Shown here in pieces: positions 58,827 to 64,000 of a stretch of 64,000 bases of DNA (the first letter of the stretch is position 1; the number at the start of each line of letters is the position of its first letter). The notes beneath the pieces are model-generated. The model saw only the letters and a program-made list of their open reading frames with translations, was not told the DNA's origin and made no database searches. The position numbers and the translations under genes were made by a program. The stretch covers positions 9,034,761 through 9,098,760 of the forward strand of contig SMSO01000031.1 of assembly GCA_004764695.1 (NCBI GenBank). The letters are read 5' to 3'. This DNA is from Schizochytrium sp. TIO01 (taxonomy: Eukaryota; Protista; Bigyra: Labyrinthulomycetes).

Positions 58827-59040
58827 TCAACAAACGTCCTCCACGATTTCTTCGATTACATCTTGGAGCGTTTGCATCTCAGCATCGCAATTGGCTACAA
58901 ATTGCTCTGTTCGCTTGGGACTGTAAGCGGCATCTTCAAAGTCAGTGAGGTAGAGACGGACATTGTCGTCTGTGACCACCATGGATAATATTCTGTTGTG
59001 CCTGATCCCGCGAACTACGTGGAGATCTATTAAAAGACCG
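58827..59040 (-). pseudogene. Truncated kinase-like C-terminal fragment
   Basis: Manual translation LIDLHVVRGIRHNRILSMVVTDDNVRLYLTDFEDAAYSPKRTEQFVANCDAEMQTLQDVIEEIVEDVC* resembles kinase subdomains VIa-VII. The catalytic D..N loop is broken. Confidence 0.4.
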
Positions 59041-61201
59041 CAACTTTTGTTATGTTTTTAATAATAACAGTGAATATAGTCTTGTGAGAGAGGCACATAG
59101 CTCTCATGACTAGCACAAAAGTGGCATCAGAGATAGACTCGACGTTTCAACGGGAAGCTTGCCTTCAACATGATTTCTTACAATGGCGGATTGTCATACA
59201 ACCTTAGGCCCAGTTTCAGAGAACTAAGTTTGCACGGTGAGCACTGCCAAGATCCAAGCTGGTATAATAGAGGCTGCGTGCAATTCCGATTCCTCAACTT
59301 GAAACAGATAAGTCCTCAACTTGAAACAAATGAAGGCAGATGAATTTGGAAAATCGTCCTCAGCAGTTGGGCATTTAGTCAACTGAGCTGTTGTGGTAAA
59401 GATACGCTGACGCTATAGAAGTCCATAGTTAAACATGTGGTTGAACCTTGGACAAAGCTTGAACTCTTTATATTTTAGATATCTATTTAGCTTTCCAAGC
59501 CATGATCTTCTGATAACCGTGACAAACATTTCATCTCAGCCCTACGACGTTAATCAAGTCACTGAAAGTTAGGGATTGTAAGCAATAGCTTAGAGTCAAT
59601 GTTGCCGGACCACCTCCCGAATTTTGTTCGTTTTGTTGGGGAGCCGCCTTGGTTCTTCTAGAGTGATAAATTTCAATAACTGTTGGGCTCGTGCACTGAA
59701 AGCTTTGGGACCCATCGATATAATAGAGACAGAAGACAGACGCATATTTGTGCATGGTGATTTTTATTTAGCATGGCCCTGCATTCAAAATTCTCAATCC
59801 AACGACATAACTTGATGAAGTTGATGATGGCGATGCTGACTAACGAACAAGAAAATTGAACCCCCGCGTTTCAAGACTGATAATAGAATAACGGCAATAC
59901 TGATTTAGCTTAGCATGGGTAGCGAAGTATCTCTAGAGAGATGGTTCTACTGAAGAAGTCCCAAAATCACGGCCTAGAATTTGGGGTCTAGTTATTTGCT
60001 TCGCTGCGATCTATCGTTTCAAGTCACAAAAAAAAATAAAAAAATAAAAAACACTAACGACAAGAAACCATCTTTTCGCTGGACTTTGGTGATCCACCAA
60101 CTACGAAAATGGTGTGAGGACAAATCAGCATTTTGGAACCCTGGGCCATAACCTTGTCGTTGAAAAGAGTTTTTTTAATGACTTGAGAAGGCGCCGATAG
60201 CTATATTTAGGTAGGTACGATCCTAGCACTATTACCTGGTCCCAAATTCTACGAAAATTGAATCAGACCTTGAGAGACCTTCGTCAAACCACGAAAACAA
60301 CGCTGACTTTTTTCTCTTTTGTACACATTGTATTTAAAACTCGTTATTGACGTAGATGACTGACTGTCTGAGCATAACCTACCATTCTATCTTCAAAAAT
60401 AAAACATGAGCAATGTACACAATTCAATGCTAATTATTCTTCATGTTATTTGGAAACCACGTAAAGAGTTTCAATAGACACTTTGGGGAGGGAGGGGAGG
60501 CTATATTATACTCTATGCAAAACTTATATAGTTATGAGACAAAGGAAGGCGTATGAGCGCATACGTTTTAACTTATAATATCCCACTACTATCTCCTCCA
60601 CCTTGCTAAGGCAGAACCATTGTTAAAGACCTTGAATTTGCGTTTGCTGTAGAAGTGCAGTAGTCTTTATTAAATTGTATCACACTGCCTTGAAAAACTC
60701 CTTCACTTCATACATCTGATGTGCAGAATAATTTGTTGGTAAACAACATAGAAAATGATGAGAGCAAGAAATGAAGATATTAAGTTATTCAAGCTTATTT
60801 TGCTGTTGCATGACGTAGCTCGTATGTAAATCAATTGTAAAATGGATTTTCATTATGATTTTTCATAGAGTTATTTATGTAAATGTAGGTTTTGCATAAT
60901 GAGGGGTTTTGAAGTCATTTTCTCTCAGCATCCAAACAAATAGAGAGAATGAAAGAATGAATAAAAAGACACGGCTGAGTCAAGAATAATATGCACTCTC
61001 ATTGTTTCCTTGGATATACAAAGAAAAGCCAAATGGTTGTACAAGTGCATTTGCTACCACCCACCGTCTCTCCACCTTTTAAGCGGATTGCCACCGTGGT
61101 GCTGGGACATAAGCGTGCCAGAATTTAATCTACTGAAGCGCTTTAAATTTTCTCTCCTTCCTTCTTGATATGACCATTCTGACAACGTTTGAAGGGACAA
61201 A

Positions 61202-63073
61202 TTAACGACGACCAAACCAATTGCGGGCACTGGAAAGCCAACCAGCAGCCTGCTCATCATCCTGGTCATCAGTCTGGGCAGAAGAGGGTTCCTCAGTCTC
61301 CTTCGTTGCTGACGCAGACTTCGGGCTCGAGGTTTGAGATTTCGTTGTCTTTCCACTCTTGCCTGGCTTCGGCAGCTTGCCAATTCTGAGTTCACTGGAG
61401 GCAAGATCAAAAAGAATTGGATGGGAAGGCACAGGCTCAATAGAGGGAGGAAGCTCACAGAGGGTAGGTACATCGCCAGCGCTTGAGGACTTCAATCCTT
61501 CTACTAGGTGTTGTTCTTGAGAGGACTTGTTGGCGTCGATGCGAGCGCGGAAAGCTGCGGCAAGAGCAACGCACTTTGCTGCGCGAGTCTTGCTCTCCAC
61601 TTCATCCAACTGCTTACTCTGGTTATCTGTAAGGCCATCTAAGTTACGCGTCTCAGCAATACGAGAAAAGTTGTGCTCGAACAATGCCAGTGCCTGTGAC
61701 CACTTGGTCTGCAACTGAAAAGTACGGCCCATCATAAGCGAGCGGAATGCCTTGCAGATGGCTTCCTGAGTGCGCATTTGTTCAGCAGTCACAATATCAT
61801 CAGGAGACGAATGCTCATCAGCATCAGGGCCGAGCATATCAAGAATATCCTGAACACTTTGGAGTGCCAAGTTATAGATGTGCACAAGCTCCTGAGGTTT
61901 AGCGGAGGAAGCCTCGGCAGAATCCATCTTGCGCATGACCTTGCTTGCATAGAGCATGTTACGATCGAGTGACACCAACAACTTCTGAGTCTTGACATAT
62001 GCATGAATGTAATCGTACTCTTCTGCGACCTTTTCCGGGTTGGCCGTTGATGTTGCAGACTGTTTAGGAGGCTTGCTCTTTTCCTCGCGAGCAAGGCGCA
62101 GTGTCTCATCACAGGCCGACAGTGCTGAAAGAAAGGCAGTCTCCAGCTCATCTCCCTCACCGATAGCGCCACCAGAAACCCGTTTTGCCTCCTCAAGATC
62201 ATTCAGTTGATCCCGAATCTCCAGAAGTTTGACACGCATTGCTGAGCTCCGCACAGGAACCTGCTGCCCACGCCAAGAGATGGTCGACGCTTGATCAGAC
62301 TGCATTCGGCGGTTCTCCTCCATAACCTTCTTAATCTTCGCTTGTAGAAGGTCACTTCCTTCTGCTTCTGCTTGCAGCTGCTTGAGTGCTTCCTGGCTTC
62401 CCCCGGGTCCCTCCCGGGAGAGGTTGTACTTGCAGTACCGCACAGCCGGCTCAATATCCTCAATGCGCTCCCGCATGAGCTCCCGGAGTTCTGGCTCAAC
62501 AATTTCTGAAAGTTGAGTGTACACGTTGCGAGCCTTCTCAAACTCGAAATAAGCGTCCTTCCACCACTCTTTCTCCAGCAACAGATTTCCCTTCATCCAG
62601 GCAGCATATGCTTCAGCCTCAAGCGCAGTGCGGTCATCGGCAACCTCATTACATAATTCCCGCAGCTTGGCAGCCCACTGAGTAGCCTTAGCGAGACGGC
62701 GTACGAGATGCAGTCTCTTTCGAGAGTCCTCGCCATCGCGTTGATTCTCATCCTTGAGTTGCATAGCGTATCCCCATGCTCGTTCAGCGTTCACCAGGGC
62801 CAGCTGCAAGAAACGGACTTCAGTACAGTCCGCAGCAGTAAGCTCGCGGCCTTGGAAAGCTTCGCGAGGCTTACCAGAAAGCTTGAAGTCCACGTTTTTG
62901 TTCTTCCGAAGGCGTCGAAGTCGGCGAGCGCAGTACTGCCTGTACCGCTGATAATCTCGGTGGCGGAGACCGTTCTGCTGTTGGCTCGTTGTCACGAACT
63001 CCAAAATGTTTAGCGAAAGCTTGGCGCCAGAGTTTTGGGGCTCTGTGCCAGTGGGTTCTTCATTGGAGGTCAT
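61202..63073 (-). CDS. SRP68: Signal recognition particle subunit SRP68
   Basis: QQQNGLRHRDYQRYRQYCARRLRRLRK, LVNAERAWGYAMQLK, RLAKATQWA...LEAEAYAAWM, EPAVRYCKYNL and PVPSHPILFDLA. Confidence 0.96.
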   Translation of the reverse strand: MTSNEEPTGTEPQNSGAKLSLNILEFVTTSQQQNGLRHRDYQRYRQYCARRLRRLRKNKNVDFKLSGKPREAFQGRELTAADCTEVRFLQLALVNAERAWGYAMQLKDENQRDGEDSRKRLHLVRRLAKATQWAAKLRELCNEVADDRTALEAEAYAAWMKGNLLLEKEWWKDAYFEFEKARNVYTQLSEIVEPELRELMRERIEDIEPAVRYCKYNLSREGPGGSQEALKQLQAEAEGSDLLQAKIKKVMEENRRMQSDQASTISWRGQQVPVRSSAMRVKLLEIRDQLNDLEEAKRVSGGAIGEGDELETAFLSALSACDETLRLAREEKSKPPKQSATSTANPEKVAEEYDYIHAYVKTQKLLVSLDRNMLYASKVMRKMDSAEASSAKPQELVHIYNLALQSVQDILDMLGPDADEHSSPDDIVTAEQMRTQEAICKAFRSLMMGRTFQLQTKWSQALALFEHNFSRIAETRNLDGLTDNQSKQLDEVESKTRAAKCVALAAAFRARIDANKSSQEQHLVEGLKSSSAGDVPTLCELPPSIEPVPSHPILFDLASSELRIGKLPKPGKSGKTTKSQTSSPKSASATKETEEPSSAQTDDQDDEQAAGWLSSARNWFGRR

Positions 63074-63429
63074 TGTGATGAATCCTTGCGTCTCCTAATT
63101 GCTCAAGGTGATGACCACGGGAGATGGAGATCTGGAGGCTTTAATCTGAATAGCAAATCGAGAAAACTTCGATTCTAGCGAACGTTGAGAATTCGATTCA
63201 CGGACAGATTAAAGAATCGTGTCTTTGTTGGTCGATCGAGTGGAGTGTAGAGCCTTGCGAAAGTGATCCGCAAAAGATACAATACTAGTCCTTGCCGACT
63301 GTGATGAACGTCGATCCCCACGTGTATCTATCTATTCTCTTGTACAGAAGAGATAGATCGAAGTGATTAGTGAATTGAGTCAACAAAGATTCACTCACAA
63401 GCAACAGAGCAACAACGAGCGGAGCCTCA

Positions 63430-63900
63430 ATGGCGAAGAGAGTAACAGCGCCTTAGGCTTCTTTGAAGGGATGAGCAGGCGCCGGGTGCGGCCTGCGATC
63501 TCGCGACGGGGTCTGCGCCGCCAGGTTGGGGAGGCATGCAAGTTGTGCTTACTGATACTGTCATCACGGCCGCAGAGGACGCACAGGGCGCGGTGTGCAA
63601 AACCCATTACTGTGAAAAATGGGTTGTTCAAAAAGTTTTAAAGTGTTCTCGTTCTTCCTGTCTTTCTTTGTTCAAGTATGTATGCGTTGAGAGACGCTGC
63701 AGAAGGAGATTGGGAAAAGCGAGAGCGCATTGAAGGCAGAACCGTAAACGGGTTGGTTTAAGCAAACGTGCGAAACTGCGTTGTTTTCGTTGGGAGCTGT
63801 CGTCACAATTGCTTGAATTGCTGCTGAATGAGCTGGGTGAAGATTTTATAGAGCTTTTGAACAAAGGTTGTGCTTGATAGGTGATACACAACCCAGCGCG
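63430..63900 (+). pseudogene. Possible decayed gene divergent from SRP68
   Basis: A CAA-rich leader precedes ATGGCG at 63430. Protein-like segments occur in alternating frames (VVLTDTVITAAEDAQGAV; ETLQKEIGKSESALK; ELSSQLLELLLNELGEDFIELL) and are interrupted by stops. Confidence 0.2.
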
Positions 63901-64000
63901 AACATCAATGAGTGCTAGCTAAAGAGTCAAAGCATTCGATTATTCATAGCAGTTCATTTTCTTGCAGAATACGATCCTTGCTGTGTAGCAAGAAAGTTAG

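Noticed and set aside
1-64000. tRNA or rRNA genes, endogenous giant-virus or mirusvirus genes, prokaryotic defence systems
   Set aside because: I saw no cloverleaf with a T-loop, no rRNA signature, no capsid, polymerase or integrase ORF, and no operon-like organisation.

Overview
This is eukaryotic, gene-dense, almost intron-free nuclear DNA. Gene content, intronless ORFs and intergenic style suggest a stramenopile protist, probably a thraustochytrid/labyrinthulomycete (inference, not shown directly). About 14 protein genes are supported: an orphan transcription-factor-like protein, a giant USP9X/USP24/USP34-type deubiquitinase, a divergent NC2beta/Dr1, a RING finger apparently fused to an OSCA/TMEM63/TMC-like membrane protein, a hypothetical basic protein, a WD40 protein, eIF3h, CNOT3/NOT3, an atypical 14-3-3, a class 3 lipase, a CPTP/ACD11-type GLTP-fold protein, a class I/II aminotransferase, Mpv17/PMP22 and SRP68. 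I found no tRNA, rRNA, CRISPR array or intact mobile element. Several single-base frameshifts in homopolymers split real genes and are most likely assembly errors. The strongest leads are: (1) a 14-3-3 that keeps its phosphopeptide groove but has lost dimer-interface residues, and sits behind a strand-specific ATG desert of about 2.4 kb that ends in a uORF; (2) the RING-channel fusion; (3) a compact domain I do not recognise in a protein with TF-like architecture and SUMO motifs; (4) perilipin-like 11-mer repeats on the lipase; (5) degenerate piggyBac-like, kinase-like and retroelement-like relics in intergenic DNA. All motif calls were made by eye, with no database searches.
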